Shown one piece after another: positions 12,301 to 27,300 of a stretch of 64,000 nucleotides of DNA. Numbering within the stretch: the first letter of the stretch is position 1; each line of letters begins with the position of its first letter. The stretch is taken from assembly GCA_965240325.2 (NCBI GenBank), contig OZ251226.1:1550001-1614000 (forward strand), given 5' to 3'. The stretch comes from Rebecca billardiae RCC1528 (lineage: Eukaryota; Protista; Haptophyta). A program made the position numbers and the translations under genes. The notes below the pieces were generated by a model. The model did no database searches, had not been told where the DNA came from, and saw nothing but the letters and a program-made list of their open reading frames with translations.

Positions 12301-15300
12301 CGGCAGCGTCCACGATCGCGTCGCACAACGGCGAGCGCACAAACCGAGCCAGCGCGTCGCCCGCGAGCTTCTTGCCAATCTCGGACACCTTCTCCTCCAC
12401 GGCGCGCATGTCCATCGACTTGGCCTGCGCAGAGCTCAGACCGAGGTGGCGCTCGAGCACCGTGCGCTTCCGCACGTCGCGAGACGCGCCCGCCGCCATG
12501 CTGCTCAGCTTCCGACCCTCGGACCAGAACTCGAGCTCGCTGTCCTCGTTGGACTCCTTCAGGAACGAGCGGAACGCGTCGTACGCCTGCGCGTCCTCAG
12601 TCAGACGCTCCAGGCTCGACTCAGAGTCGAGCGTCCACTTCAGACGAGTGAACAGCGCCTGCGCCGAGCGGAACTGACGCTCCTTCGCGCCCTCGTCCAC
12701 GTGCACCACGTCCGCCGCGAACGTCGACGGCTGCGCAGACGCCGGCATGCGCCGCGGCAGCAGCTCGCGCAGCGCCGACAGCGCCTGCTGCTCCTCCGCC
12801 GTCTGCTCCTCCGCGCACGACAGCACGCCCAGCGAGTACCGGTACTCGCCGTTCGTGTCCATCACCGGCGTGAGCGACAGGTCGTTCGTGAAGCGAGAGC
12901 CGTTCTTGCGGTAGTTCGTCACCTGCACGTGCAGCTCCTTCTTCTTGCGCAGCGCGCGCACCATCTTCGACACGATGTTCGGCTCCGTCCGGTCGCCCTG
13001 CAAGAAGCGGCAGTTGCGGCCCTCCACCTCGTACTTCGGGTAGCCGGTCACGCGCGTGAAGCCGCCGTTGCAGTACATCACCGTCACGCCCGGCACCGTC
13101 ATGTCCGTGATCGCAACCGCGAGCGGCAGCTGATCGACGGCCGCCTTGAGCGCGCCCAGCCACGTGCCGTCGCCCACGCTCGGCACGCTGCCCGCGCTCA
13201 GCGCCTGCAGGATCTCCATCGTCGGCTGCGGAAGGCTGAAGCCGCCACCGCCGTCGCCCATGCCGCCCGCGCCGCCCATCGCACTCGGCGGCTGCTGCGC
13301 CGCCATGCCCATGCCCATGCCCATGCCCGGCGCCATCGACATGCGCGGCGCCATCGACATGCGCGAAGGCGGCGCGCCCGACGACATGCTCATCGACGCG
13401 CGCGGCGCCATCGCCGGGCTCATCGACATTGGCGGCGCCATCATCGGCGCCGCCATCGTCGGCGCCATCGGCGTCTCGTCGAACGGCAGGCTGCCGCCCG
13501 AGATCTCCGCCATCATCTCGTCGTGGTGGTCCGCGTAGCGGTCGGCGCCCTGCATGTCGAGCGCGGTCGGCGGCATCGCGGCGGTCGTCTCGAGCGCCTG
13601 CTTCAGCAGCTCGTCCTCCGTCTTGCCCATCTCCGCCGGCAGACGCTCCTTGCGGTGCTTCGGGCCCACCTGATCCGAGCGGTGCGACACCTCCACCTCC
13701 GACGGCAGCAGCTGCAGCAGCTGACCCAGCTTCGCCAACCGCTCCTTCAGGTCGCTCCCGCCGCCAACCTCGAACTGCACGCCAAAGCACAGGCGGTACA
13801 CGCCGTTCGAGTCGTGCACCGGACGCATCGACAGCAGGTTCTGGAACGTCTCGCCGTTCTTGCGGTAGTTGGTGATCTTCACGAAGCAGTCCGCGCCGCG
13901 GCGGAGCGTGTCCTGGATGATCGCCACAGACGCCGGCTCCGTGCGCGGGCCCTGCAAGAACCGGCAGTTCCGACCCTGCGCCTCGTGCTTCGCAAAGCCC
14001 GTCACGCGGCAGAACTCGCGGTTCACAAACAGCATCGGGTTGCCCGGCATCGCCATGTCCGACAGCACGATGCACGCCTTGAACGTCTCCGCGAACGCGA
14101 CGAACGAGTGGATGAAGCCAGCCAGGTCCTCCGGAACCTTGTACTTGTCCCAGATCAGGTCCTTGCGCTGCTTGATGCGCTGGCCCGCCACGGCAGCGTC
14201 CACGATCGCGTCGCACAACGGCGAGCGCACAAACCGAGCCAGCGCGTCGCCCGCGAGCTTCTTGCCAATCTCGGACACCTTCTCCTCCACGGCGCGCATG
14301 TCCATCGACTTGGCCTGCGCAGAGCTCAGACCGAGGTGGCGCTCGAGCACCGTGCGCTTCCGCACGTCGCGAGACGCGCCCGCCGCCATGCTGCTCAGCT
14401 TCCGACCCTCGGACCAGAACTCGAGCTCGCTGTCCTCGTTGGACTCCTTCAGGAACGAGCGGAACGCGTCGTACGCCTGCGCGTCCTCAGTCAGACGCTC
14501 CAGGCTCGACTCAGAGTCGAGCGTCCACTTCAGACGAGTGAAGAGCGCCTGCGCCGAGCGGAACTGACGCTCCTTCGCGCCCTCGTCCACGTGCACCACG
14601 TCCGCCGCGAACGTCGACGGCTGCGCAGACGCCGGCATGCGCCGCGGCAGCAGCTCGCGCAGCGCCGACAGCGCCTGCTGCTCCTCCGCCGTCTGCTCCT
14701 CCGCGCACGACAGCACGCCCAGCGAGTACCGGTACTCGCCGTTCGTGTCCATCACCGGCGTGAGCGACAGGTCGTTCGTGAAGCGAGAGCCGTTCTTGCG
14801 GTAGTTCGTCACCTGCACGTGCAGCTCCTTCTTCTTGCGCAGCGCGCGCACCATCTTCGACACGATGTTCGGCTCCGTCCGGTCGCCCTGCAAGAAGCGG
14901 CAGTTGCGGCCCTCCACCTCGTACTTCGGGTAGCCGGTCACGCGCGTGAAGCCGCCGTTGCAGTACATCACCGTCACGCCCGGCACCGTCATGTCCGTGA
15001 TCGCAACCGCGAGCGGCAGCTGATCGACGGCCGCCTTGAGCGCGCCCAGCCACGTGCCGTCGCCCACGCTCGGCACGCTGCCCGCGCTCAGCGCCTGCAG
15101 GATCTCCATCGTCGGCTGCGGAAGGCTGAAGCCGCCACCGCCGTCGCCCATGCCGCCCGCGCCGCCCATCGCGCTCGGCGGCTGCTGCGCCGCCATGCCC
15201 ATGCCCATGCCCATGCCCGGCGCCATCGACATGCGCGGCGCCATCGACATGCGCGAAGGTGGCGCGCTCGACGACATGCTCATCGACGCGCGCGGCGCCA

Positions 15301-18300
15301 TCGCTGGGCTCATCGACATCGGCGGCGCCATCATCGGCGCCGCCATCGTCGGCGCCATCGGCGTCTCGTCGAACGGCAGGCTGCCGCCCGAGATCTCCGC
15401 CATCATCTCGTCGTGGTGGTCCGCGTAGCGGTCGGCGCCCTGCATGTCGAGCGCGGTCGGCGGCATCGCGGCGGTCGTCTCGAGCGCCTGCTTCAGCAGC
15501 TCGTCCTCCGTCTTGCCCATCTCCGCCGGCAGACGCTCCTTGCGGTGCTTCGGGCCCACCTGATCCGAGCGGTGCGACACCTCCACCTCCGACGGCAGCA
15601 GCTGCAGCAGCTGACCCAGCTTCGCCAACCGCTCCTTCAGGTCGCTCCCGCCGCCAACCTCGAACTGCACGCCAAAGCACAGGCGGTACACGCCGTTCGA
15701 GTCGTGCACCGGACGCATCGACAGCAGGTTCTGGAACGTCTCGCCGTTCTTGCGGTAGTTGGTGATCTTCACGAAGCAGTCCGCGCCGCGGCGGAGCGTG
15801 TCCTGGATGATCGCCACAGACGCCGGCTCCGTGCGCGGGCCCTGCAAGAACCGGCAGTTCCGACCCTGCGCCTCGTGCTTCGCAAAGCCCGTCACGCGGC
15901 AGAACTCGCGGTTCACAAACAGCATCGGGTTGCCCGGCATCGCCATGTCCGACAGCACGATGCACGCCTTGAACGTCTCCGCGAACGCGACGAACGAGTG
16001 GATGAAGCCAGCCAGGTCCTCCGGAACCTTGTACTTGTCCCAGATCAGGTCCTTGCGCTGCTTGATGCGCTGGCCCGCCACGGCAGCGTCCACGATCGCG
16101 TCGCACAACGGCGAGCGCACAAACCGAGCCAGCGCGTCGCCCGCGAGCTTCTTGCCAATCTCGGACACCTTCTCCTCCACGGCGCGCATGTCCATCGACT
16201 TGGCCTGCGCAGAGCTCAGACCGAGGTGGCGCTCGAGCACCGTGCGCTTCCGCACGTCGCGAGACGCGCCCGCCGCCATGCTGCTCAGCTTCCGACCCTC
16301 GGACCAGAACTCGAGCTCGCTGTCCTCGTTGGACTCCTTCAGGAACGAGCGGAACGCGTCGTACGCCTGCGCGTCCTCAGTCAGACGCTCCAGGCTCGAC
16401 TCAGAGTCGAGCGTCCACTTCAGACGAGTGAACAGCGCCTGCGCCGAGCGGAACTGACGCTCCTTCGCGCCCTCGTCCACGTGCACCACGTCCGCCGCGA
16501 ACGTCGACGGCTGCGCAGACGCCGGCATGCGCCGCGGCAGCAGCTCGCGCAGCGCCGACAGCGCCTGCTGCTCCTCCGCCGTCTGCTCCTCCGCGCACGA
16601 CAGCACGCCCAGCGAGTACCGGTACTCGCCGTTCGTGTCCATCACCGGCGTGAGCGACAGGTCGTTCGTGAAGCGAGAGCCGTTCTTGCGGTAGTTCGTC
16701 ACCTGCACGTGCAGCTCCTTCTTCTTGCGCAGCGCGCGCACCATCTTCGACACGATGTTCGGCTCCGTCCGGTCGCCCTGCAAGAAGCGGCAGTTGCGGC
16801 CCTCCACCTCGTACTTCGGGTAGCCGGTCACGCGCGTGAAGCCGCCGTTGCAGTACATCACCGTCACGCCCGGCACCGTCATGTCCGTGATCGCAACCGC
16901 GAGCGGCAGCTGATCGACGGCCGCCTTGAGCGCGCCCAGCCACGTGCCGTCGCCCACGCTCGGCACGCTGCCCGCGCTCAGCGCCTGCAGGATCTCCATC
17001 GTCGGCTGCGGAAGGCTGAAGCCGCCACCGCCGTCGCCCATGCCGCCCGCGCCGCCCATCGCGCTCGGCGGCTGCTGCGCCGCCATGCCCATGCCCATGC
17101 CCATGCCCGGCGCCATCGACATGCGCGAAGGCGGCGCGCCCGACGACATGCTCATCGACGCGCGCGGCGCCATCGCCGGGCTCATCGACATCGGCGCCGC
17201 CATCATCGGCGCCGCCATCGTCGGCGCCATCGGCGTCTCGTCGAACGGCAGGCTGCCGCCCGAGATCTCCGCCATCATCTCGTCGTGGTGGTCCGCGTAG
17301 CGGTCGGCGCCCTGCATGTCGAGCGCGGTCGGCGGCATCGCGGCGGTCGTCTCGAGCGCCTGCTTCAGCAGCTCGTCCTCCGTCTTGCCCATCTCCGCCG
17401 GCAGACGCTCCTTGCGGTGCTTCGGGCCCACCTGATCCGAGCGGTGCGACACCTCCACCTCCGACGGCAGCAGCTGCAGCAGCTGACCCAGCTTCGCCAA
17501 CCGCTCCTTCAGGTCGCTCCCGCCGCCAACCTCGAACTGCACGCCAAAGCACAGGCGGTACACGCCGTTCGAGTCGTGCACCGGACGCATCGACAGCAGG
17601 TTCTGGAACGTCTCGCCGTTCTTGCGGTAGTTGGTGATCTTCACGAAGCAGTCCGCGCCGCGGCGGAGCGTGTCCTGGATGATCGCCACAGACGCCGGCT
17701 CCGTGCGCGGGCCCTGCAAGAACCGGCAGTTCCGACCCTGCGCCTCGTGCTTCGCAAAGCCCGTCACGCGGCAGAACTCGCGGTTCACAAACAGCATCGG
17801 GTTGCCCGGCATCGCCATGTCCGACAGCACGATGCACGCCTTGAACGTCTCCGCGAACGCGACGAACGAGTGGATGAAGCCAGCCAGGTCCTCCGGAACC
17901 TTGTACTTGTCCCAGATCAGGTCCTTGCGCTGCTTGATGCGCTGGCCCGCCACGGCAGCGTCCACGATCGCGTCGCACAACGGCGAGCGCACAAACCGAG
18001 CCAGCGCGTCGCCCGCGAGCTTCTTGCCAATCTCGGACACCTTCTCCTCCACGGCGCGCATGTCCATCGACTTGGCCTGCGCAGAGCTCAGACCGAGGTG
18101 GCGCTCGAGCACCGTGCGCTTCCGCACGTCGCGAGACGCGCCCGCCGCCATGCTGCTCAGCTTCCGACCCTCGGACCAGAACTCGAGCTCGCTGTCCTCG
18201 TTGGACTCCTTCAGGAACGAGCGGAACGCGTCGTACGCCTGCGCGTCCTCAGTCAGACGCTCCAGGCTCGACTCAGAGTCGAGCGTCCACTTCAGACGAG

Positions 18301-21300
18301 TGAAGAGCGCCTGCGCCGAGCGGAACTGACGCTCCTTCGCGCCCTCGTCCACGTGCACCACGTCCGCCGCGAACGTCGACGGCTGCGCAGACGCCGGCAT
18401 GCGCCGCGGCAGCAGCTCGCGCAGCGCCGACAGCGCCTGCTGCTCCTCCGCCGTCTGCTCCTCCGCGCACGACAGCACGCCCAGCGAGTACCGGTACTCG
18501 CCGTTCGTGTCCATCACCGGCGTGAGCGACAGGTCGTTCGTGAAGCGAGAGCCGTTCTTGCGGTAGTTCGTCACCTGCACGTGCAGCTCCTTCTTCTTGC
18601 GCAGCGCGCGCACCATCTTCGACACCATGTTCGGCTCCGTCCGGTCGCCCTGCAAGAAGCGGCAGTTGCGGCCCTCCACCTCGTACTTCGGGTAGCCGGT
18701 CACGCGCGTGAAGCCGCCGTTGCAGTACATCACCGTCACGCCCGGCACCGTCATGTCCGTGATCGCAACCGCGAGCGGCAGCTGATCGACGGCCGCCTTG
18801 AGCGCGCCCAGCCACGTGCCGTCGCCCACGCTCGGCACGCTGCCCGCGCTCAGCGCCTGCAGGATCTCCATCGTCGGCTGCGGAAGGCTGAAGCCGCCAC
18901 CGCCGTCGCCCATGCCGCCCGCGCCGCCCATCGCGCTCGGCGGCTGCTGCGCCGCCATGCCCATGCCCATGCCCATGCCCGGCGCCATCGACATGCGCGG
19001 CGCCATCGACATGCGCGAAGGCGGCGCGCCCGACGACATGCTCATCGACGCGCGCGGCGCCATCGCCGGGCTCATCGACATTGGCGGCGCCATCATCGGC
19101 GCCGCCATCGTCGGCGCCATCGGCGTCTCGTCGAACGGCAGGCTGCCGCCCGAGATCTCCGCCATCATCTCGTCGTGGTGGTCCGCGTAGCGGTCGGCGC
19201 CCTGCATGTCGAGCGCGGTCGGCGGCATCGCGGCGGTCGTCTCGAGCGCCTGCTTCAGCAGCTCGTCCTCCGTCTTGCCCATCTCCGCCGGCAGACGCTC
19301 CTTGCGGTGCTTCGGGCCCACCTGATCCGAGCGGTGCGACACCTCCACCTCCGACGGCAGCAGCTGCAGCAGCTGACCCAGCTTCGCCAACCGCTCCTTC
19401 AGGTCGCTCCCGCCGCCAACCTCGAACTGCACGCCAAAGCACAGGCGGTACACGCCGTTCGAGTCGTGCACCGGACGCATCGACAGCAGGTTCTGGAACG
19501 TCTCGCCGTTCTTGCGGTAGTTGGTGATCTTCACGAAGCAGTCCGCGCCGCGGCGGAGCGTGTCCTGGATGATCGCCACAGACGCCGGCTCCGTGCGCGG
19601 GCCCTGCAAGAACCGGCAGTTCCGACCCTGCGCCTCGTGCTTCGCAAAGCCCGTCACGCGGCAGAACTCGCGGTTCACAAACAGCATCGGGTTGCCCGGC
19701 ATCGCCATGTCCGACAGCACGATGCACGCCTTGAACGTCTCCGCGAACGCGACGAACGAGTGGATGAAGCCAGCCAGGTCCTCCGGAACCTTGTACTTGT
19801 CCCAGATCAGCTCCTTGCGCTGCTTGATGCGCTGGCCCGCCACGGCAGCGTCCACGATCGCGTCGCACAACGGCGAGCGCACAAACCGAGCCAGCGCGTC
19901 GCCCGCGAGCTTCTTGCCAATCTCGGACACCTTCTCCTCCACGGCGCGCATGTCCATCGACTTGGCCTGCGCAGAGCTCAGACCGAGGTGGCGCTCGAGC
20001 ACCGTGCGCTTCCGCACGTCGCGAGACGCGCCCGCCGCCATGCTGCTCAGCTTCCGACCCTCGGACCAGAACTCGAGCTCGCTGTCCTCGTTGGACTCCT
20101 TCAGGAACGAGCGGAACGCGTCGTACGCCTGCGCGTCCTCAGTCAGACGCTCCAGGCTCGACTCAGAGTCGAGCGTCCACTTCAGACGAGTGAACAGCGC
20201 CTGCGCCGAGCGGAACTGACGCTCCTTCGCGCCCTCGTCCACGTGCACCACGTCCGCCGCGAACGTCGACGGCTGCGCAGACGCCGGCATGCGCCGCGGC
20301 AGCAGCTCGCGCAGCGCCGACAGCGCCTGCTGCTCCTCCGCCGTCTGCTCCTCCGCGCACGACAGCACGCCCAGCGAGTACCGGTACTCGCCGTTCGTGT
20401 CCATCACCGGCGTGAGCGACAGGTCGTTCGTGAAGCGAGAGCCGTTCTTGCGGTAGTTCGTCACCTGCACGTGCAGCTCCTTCTTCTTGCGCAGCGCGCG
20501 CACCATCTTCGACACCATGTTCGGCTCCGTCCGGTCGCCCTGCAAGAAGCGGCAGTTGCGGCCCTCCACCTCGTACTTCGGGTAGCCGGTCACGCGCGTG
20601 AAGCCGCCGTTGCAGTACATCACCGTCACGCCCGGCACCGTCATGTCCGTGATCGCAACCGCGAGCGGCAGCTGATCGACGGCCGCCTTGAGCGCGCCCA
20701 GCCACGTGCCGTCGCCCACGCTCGGCACGCTGCCCGCGCTCAGCGCCTGCAGGATCTCCATCGTCGGCTGCGGAAGGCTGAAGCCGCCACCGCCGTCGCC
20801 CATGCCGCCCGCGCCGCCCATCGCGCTCGGCGGCTGCTGCGCCGCCATGCCCATGCCCATGCCCATGCCCGGCGCCATCGACATGCGCGGCGCCATCGAC
20901 ATGCGCGAAGGCGGCGCGCCCGACGACATGCTCATCGACGCGCGCGGCGCCATCGCCGGGCTCATCGACATTGGCGGCGCCATCATCGGCGCCGCCATCG
21001 TCGGCGCCATCGGCGTCTCGTCGAACGGCAGGCTGCCGCCCGAGATCTCCGCCATCATCTCGTCGTGGTGGTCCGCGTAGCGGTCGGCGCCCTGCATGTC
21101 GAGCGCGGTCGGCGGCATCGCGGCGGTCGTCTCGAGCGCCTGCTTCAGCAGCTCGTCCTCCGTCTTGCCCATCTCCGCCGGCAGACGCTCCTTGCGGTGC
21201 TTCGGGCCCACCTGATCCGAGCGGTGCGACACCTCCACCTCCGACGGCAGCAGCTGCAGCAGCTGACCCAGCTTCGCCAACCGCTCCTTCAGGTCGCTCC

Positions 21301-24300
21301 CGCCGCCAACCTCGAACTGCACGCCAAAGCACAGGCGGTACACGCCGTTCGAGTCGTGCACCGGACGCATCGACAGCAGGTTCTGGAACGTCTCGCCGTT
21401 CTTGCGGTAGTTGGTGATCTTCACGAAGCAGTCCGCGCCGCGGCGGAGCGTGTCCTGGATGATCGCCACAGACGCCGGCTCCGTGCGCGGGCCCTGCAAG
21501 AACCGGCAGTTCCGACCCTGCGCCTCGTGCTTCGCAAAGCCCGTCACGCGGCAGAACTCGCGGTTCACAAACAGCATCGGGTTGCCCGGCATCGCCATGT
21601 CCGACAGCACGATGCACGCCTTGAACGTCTCCGCGAACGCGACGAACGAGTGGATGAAGCCAGCCAGGTCCTCCGGAACCTTGTACTTGTCCCAGATCAG
21701 GTCCTTGCGCTGCTTGATGCGCTGGCCCGCCACGGCAGCGTCCACGATCGCGTCGCACAACGGCGAGCGCACAAACCGAGCCAGCGCGTCGCCCGCGAGC
21801 TTCTTGCCAATCTCGGACACCTTCTCCTCCACGGCGCGCATGTCCATCGACTTGGCCTGCGCAGAGCTCAGACCGAGGTGGCGCTCGAGCACCGTGCGCT
21901 TCCGCACGTCGCGAGACGCGCCCGCCGCCATGCTGCTCAGCTTCCGACCCTCGGACCAGAACTCGAGCTCGCTGTCCTCGTTGGACTCCTTCAGGAACGA
22001 GCGGAACGCGTCGTACGCCTGCGCGTCCTCAGTCAGACGCTCCAGGCTCGACTCAGAGTCGAGCGTCCACTTCAGACGAGTGAACAGCGCCTGCGCCGAG
22101 CGGAACTGACGCTCCTTCGCGCCCTCGTCCACGTGCACCACGTCCGCCGCGAACGTCGACGGCTGCGCAGACGCCGGCATGCGCCGCGGCAGCAGCTCGC
22201 GCAGCGCCGACAGCGCCTGCTGCTCCTCCGCCGTCTGCTCCTCCGCGCACGACAGCACGCCCAGCGAGTACCGGTACTCGCCGTTCGTGTCCATCACCGG
22301 CGTGAGCGACAGGTCGTTCGTGAAGCGAGAGCCGTTCTTGCGGTAGTTCGTCACCTGCACGTGCAGCTCCTTCTTCTTGCGCAGCGCGCGCACCATCTTC
22401 GACACCATGTTCGGCTCCGTCCGGTCGCCCTGCAAGAAGCGGCAGTTGCGGCCCTCCACCTCGTACTTCGGGTAGCCGGTCACGCGCGTGAAGCCGCCGT
22501 TGCAGTACATCACCGTCACGCCCGGCACCGTCATGTCCGTGATCGCAACCGCGAGCGGCAGCTGATCGACGGCCGCCTTGAGCGCGCCCAGCCACGTGCC
22601 GTCGCCCACGCTCGGCACGCTGCCCGCGCTCAGCGCCTGCAGGATCTCCATCGTCGGCTGCGGAAGGCTGAAGCCGCCACCGCCGTCGCCCATGCCGCCC
22701 GCGCCGCCCATCGCGCTCGGCGGCTGCTGCGCCGCCATGCCCATGCCCATGCCCATGCCCGGCGCCATCGACATGCGCGGCGCCATCGACATGCGCGAAG
22801 GCGGCGCGCCCGACGACATGCTCATCGACGCGCGCGGCGCCATCGCCGGGCTCATCGACATTGGCGGCGCCATCATCGGCGCCGCCATCGTCGGCGCCAT
22901 CGGCGTCTCGTCGAACGGCAGGCTGCCGCCCGAGATCTCCGCCATCATCTCGTCGTGGTGGTCCGCGTAGCGGTCGGCGCCCTGCATGTCGAGCGCGGTC
23001 GGCGGCATCGCGGCGGTCGTCTCGAGCGCCTGCTTCAGCAGCTCGTCCTCCGTCTTGCCCATCTCCGCCGGCAGACGCTCCTTGCGGTGCTTCGGGCCCA
23101 CCTGATCCGAGCGGTGCGACACCTCCACCTCCGACGGCAGCAGCTGCAGCAGCTGACCCAGCTTCGCCAACCGCTCCTTCAGGTCGCTCCCGCCGCCAAC
23201 CTCGAACTGCACGCCAAAGCACAGGCGGTACACGCCGTTCGAGTCGTGCACCGGACGCATCGACAGCAGGTTCTGGAACGTCTCGCCGTTCTTGCGGTAG
23301 TTGGTGATCTTCACGAAGCAGTCCGCGCCGCGGCGGAGCGTGTCCTGGATGATCGCCACAGACGCCGGCTCCGTGCGCGGGCCCTGCAAGAACCGGCAGT
23401 TCCGACCCTGCGCCTCGTGCTTCGCAAAGCCCGTCACGCGGCAGAACTCGCGGTTCACAAACAGCATCGGGTTGCCCGGCATCGCCATGTCCGACAGCAC
23501 GATGCACGCCTTGAACGTCTCCGCGAACGCGACGAACGAGTGGATGAAGCCAGCCAGGTCCTCTGGAACCTTGTACTTGTCCCAGATCAGGTCCTTGCGC
23601 TGCTTGATGCGCTGGCCCGCCACGGCAGCGTCCACGATCGCGTCGCACAACGGCGAGCGCACAAACCGAGCCAGCGCGTCGCCCGCGAGCTTCTTGCCAA
23701 TCTCGGACACCTTCTCCTCCACGGCGCGCATGTCCATCGACTTGGCCTGCGCAGAGCTCAGACCGAGGTGGCGCTCGAGCACCGTGCGCTTCCGCACGTC
23801 GCGAGACGCGCCCGCCGCCATGCTGCTCAGCTTCCGACCCTCGGACCAGAACTCGAGCTCGCTGTCCTCGTTGGACTCCTTCAGGAACGAGCGGAACGCG
23901 TCGTACGCCTGCGCGTCCTCAGTCAGACGCTCCAGGCTCGACTCAGAGTCGAGCGTCCACTTCAGACGAGTGAACAGCGCCTGCGCCGAGCGGAACTGAC
24001 GCTCCTTCGCGCCCTCGTCCACGTGCACCACGTCCGCCGCGAACGTCGACGGCTGCGCAGACGCCGGCATGCGCCGCGGCAGCAGCTCGCGCAGCGCCGA
24101 CAGCGCCTGCTGCTCCTCCGCCGTCTGCTCCTCCGCGCACGACAGCACGCCCAGCGAGTACCGGTACTCGCCGTTCGTGTCCATCACCGGCGTGAGCGAC
24201 AGGTCGTTCGTGAAGCGAGAGCCGTTCTTGCGGTAGTTCGTCACCTGCACGTGCAGCTCCTTCTTCTTGCGCAGCGCGCGCACCATCTTCGACACCATGT

Positions 24301-27300
24301 TCGGCTCCGTCCGGTCGCCCTGCAAGAAGCGGCAGTTGCGGCCCTCCACCTCGTACTTCGGGTAGCCGGTCACGCGCGTGAAGCCGCCGTTGCAGTACAT
24401 CACCGTCACGCCCGGCACCGTCATGTCCGTGATCGCAACCGCGAGCGGCAGCTGATCGACGGCCGCCTTGAGCGCGCCCAGCCACGTGCCGTCGCCCACG
24501 CTCGGCACGCTGCCCGCGCTCAGCGCCTGCAGGATCTCCATCGTCGGCTGCGGAAGGCTGAAGCCGCCACCGCCGTCGCCCATGCCGCCCGCGCCGCCCA
24601 TCGCGCTCGGCGGCTGCTGCGCCGCCATGCCCATGCCCATGCCCATGCCCGGCGCCATCGACATGCGCGGCGCCATCGACATGCGCGAAGGCGGCGCGCC
24701 CGACGACATGCTCATCGACGCGCGCGGCGCCATCGCCGGGCTCATCGACATTGGCGGCGCCATCATCGGCGCCGCCATCGTCGGCGCCATCGGCGTCTCG
24801 TCGAACGGCAGGCTGCCGCCCGAGATCTCCGCCATCATCTCGTCGTGGTGGTCCGCGTAGCGGTCGGCGCCCTGCATGTCGAGCGCGGTCGGCGGCATCG
24901 CGGCGGTCGTCTCGAGCGCCTGCTTCAGCAGCTCGTCCTCCGTCTTGCCCATCTCCGCCGGCAGACGCTCCTTGCGGTGCTTCGGGCCCACCTGATCCGA
25001 GCGGTGCGACACCTCCACCTCCGACGGCAGCAGCTGCAGCAGCTGACCCAGCTTCGCCAACCGCTCCTTCAGGTCGCTCCCGCCGCCAACCTCGAACTGC
25101 ACGCCAAAGCACAGGCGGTACACGCCGTTCGAGTCGTGCACCGGACGCATCGACAGCAGGTTCTGGAACGTCTCGCCGTTCTTGCGGTAGTTGGTGATCT
25201 TCACGAAGCAGTCCGCGCCGCGGCGGAGCGTGTCCTGGATGATCGCCACAGACGCCGGCTCCGTGCGCGGGCCCTGCAAGAACCGGCAGTTCCGACCCTG
25301 CGCCTCGTGCTTCGCAAAGCCCGTCACGCGGCAGAACTCGCGGTTCACAAACAGCATCGGGTTGCCCGGCATCGCCATGTCCGACAGCACGATGCACGCC
25401 TTGAACGTCTCCGCGAACGCGACGAACGAGTGGATGAAGCCAGCCAGGTCCTCCGGAACCTTGTACTTGTCCCAGATCAGCTCCTTGCGCTGCTTGATGC
25501 GCTGGCCCGCCACGGCAGCGTCCACGATCGCGTCGCACAACGGCGAGCGCACAAACCGAGCCAGCGCGTCGCCCGCGAGCTTCTTGCCAATCTCGGACAC
25601 CTTCTCCTCCACGGCGCGCATGTCCATCGACTTGGCCTGCGCAGAGCTCAGACCGAGGTGGCGCTCGAGCACCGTGCGCTTCCGCACGTCGCGAGACGCG
25701 CCCGCCGCCATGCTGCTCAGCTTCCGACCCTCGGACCAGAACTCGAGCTCGCTGTCCTCGTTGGACTCCTTCAGGAACGAGCGGAACGCGTCGTACGCCT
25801 GCGCGTCCTCAGTCAGACGCTCCAGGCTCGACTCAGAGTCGAGCGTCCACTTCAGACGAGTGAACAGCGCCTGCGCCGAGCGGAACTGACGCTCCTTCGC
25901 GCCCTCGTCCACGTGCACCACGTCCGCCGCGAACGTCGACGGCTGCGCAGACGCCGGCATGCGCCGCGGCAGCAGCTCGCGCAGCGCCGACAGCGCCTGC
26001 TGCTCCTCCGCCGTCTGCTCCTCCGCGCACGACAGCACGCCCAGCGAGTACCGGTACTCGCCGTTCGTGTCCATCACCGGCGTGAGCGACAGGTCGTTCG
26101 TGAAGCGAGAGCCGTTCTTGCGGTAGTTCGTCACCTGCACGTGCAGCTCCTTCTTCTTGCGCAGCGCGCGCACCATCTTCGACACGATGTTCGGCTCCGT
26201 CCGGTCGCCCTGCAAGAAGCGGCAGTTGCGGCCCTCCACCTCGTACTTCGGGTAGCCGGTCACGCGCGTGAAGCCGCCGTTGCAGTACATCACCGTCACG
26301 CCCGGCACCGTCATGTCCGTGATCGCAACCGCGAGCGGCAGCTGATCGACGGCCGCCTTGAGCGCGCCCAGCCACGTGCCGTCGCCCACGCTCGGCACGC
26401 TGCCCGCGCTCAGCGCCTGCAGGATCTCCATCGTCGGCTGCGGAAGGCTGAAGCCGCCACCGCCGTCGCCCATGCCGCCCGCGCCGCCCCTCGCGCTCGG
26501 CGGCTGCTGCGCCGCCATGCCCATGCCCATGCCCATGCCCGGCGCCATCGACATGCGCGGCGCCATCGACATGCGCGAAGGCGGCGCGCCCGACGACATG
26601 CTCATCGACGCGCGCGGCGCCATCGCCGGGCTCATCGACATTGGCGGCGCCATCATCGGCGCCGCCATCGTCGGCGCCATCGGCGTCTCGTCGAACGGCA
26701 GGCTGCCGCCCGAGATCTCCGCCATCATCTCGTCGTGGTGGTCCGCGTAGCGGTCGGCGCCCTGCATGTCGAGCGCGGTCGGCGGCATCGCGGCGGTCGT
26801 CTCGAGCGCCTGCTTCAGCAGCTCGTCCTCCGTCTTGCCCATCTCCGCCGGCAGACGCTCCTTGCGGTGCTTCGGGCCCACCTGATCCGAGCGGTGCGAC
26901 ACCTCCACCTCCGACGGCAGCAGCTGCAGCAGCTGACCCAGCTTCGCCAACCGCTCCTTCAGGTCGCTCCCGCCGCCAACCTCGAACTGCACGCCAAAGC
27001 ACAGGCGGTACACGCCGTTCGAGTCGTGCACCGGACGCATCGACAGCAGGTTCTGGAACGTCTCGCCGTTCTTGCGGTAGTTGGTGATCTTCACGAAGCA
27101 GTCCGCGCCGCGGCGGAGCGTGTCCTGGATGATCGCCACAGACGCCGGCTCCGTGCGCGGGCCCTGCAAGAACCGGCAGTTCCGACCCTGCGCCTCGTGC
27201 TTCGCAAAGCCCGTCACGCGGCAGAACTCGCGGTTCACAAACAGCATCGGGTTGCCCGGCATCGCCATGTCCGACAGCACGATGCACGCCTTGAACGTCT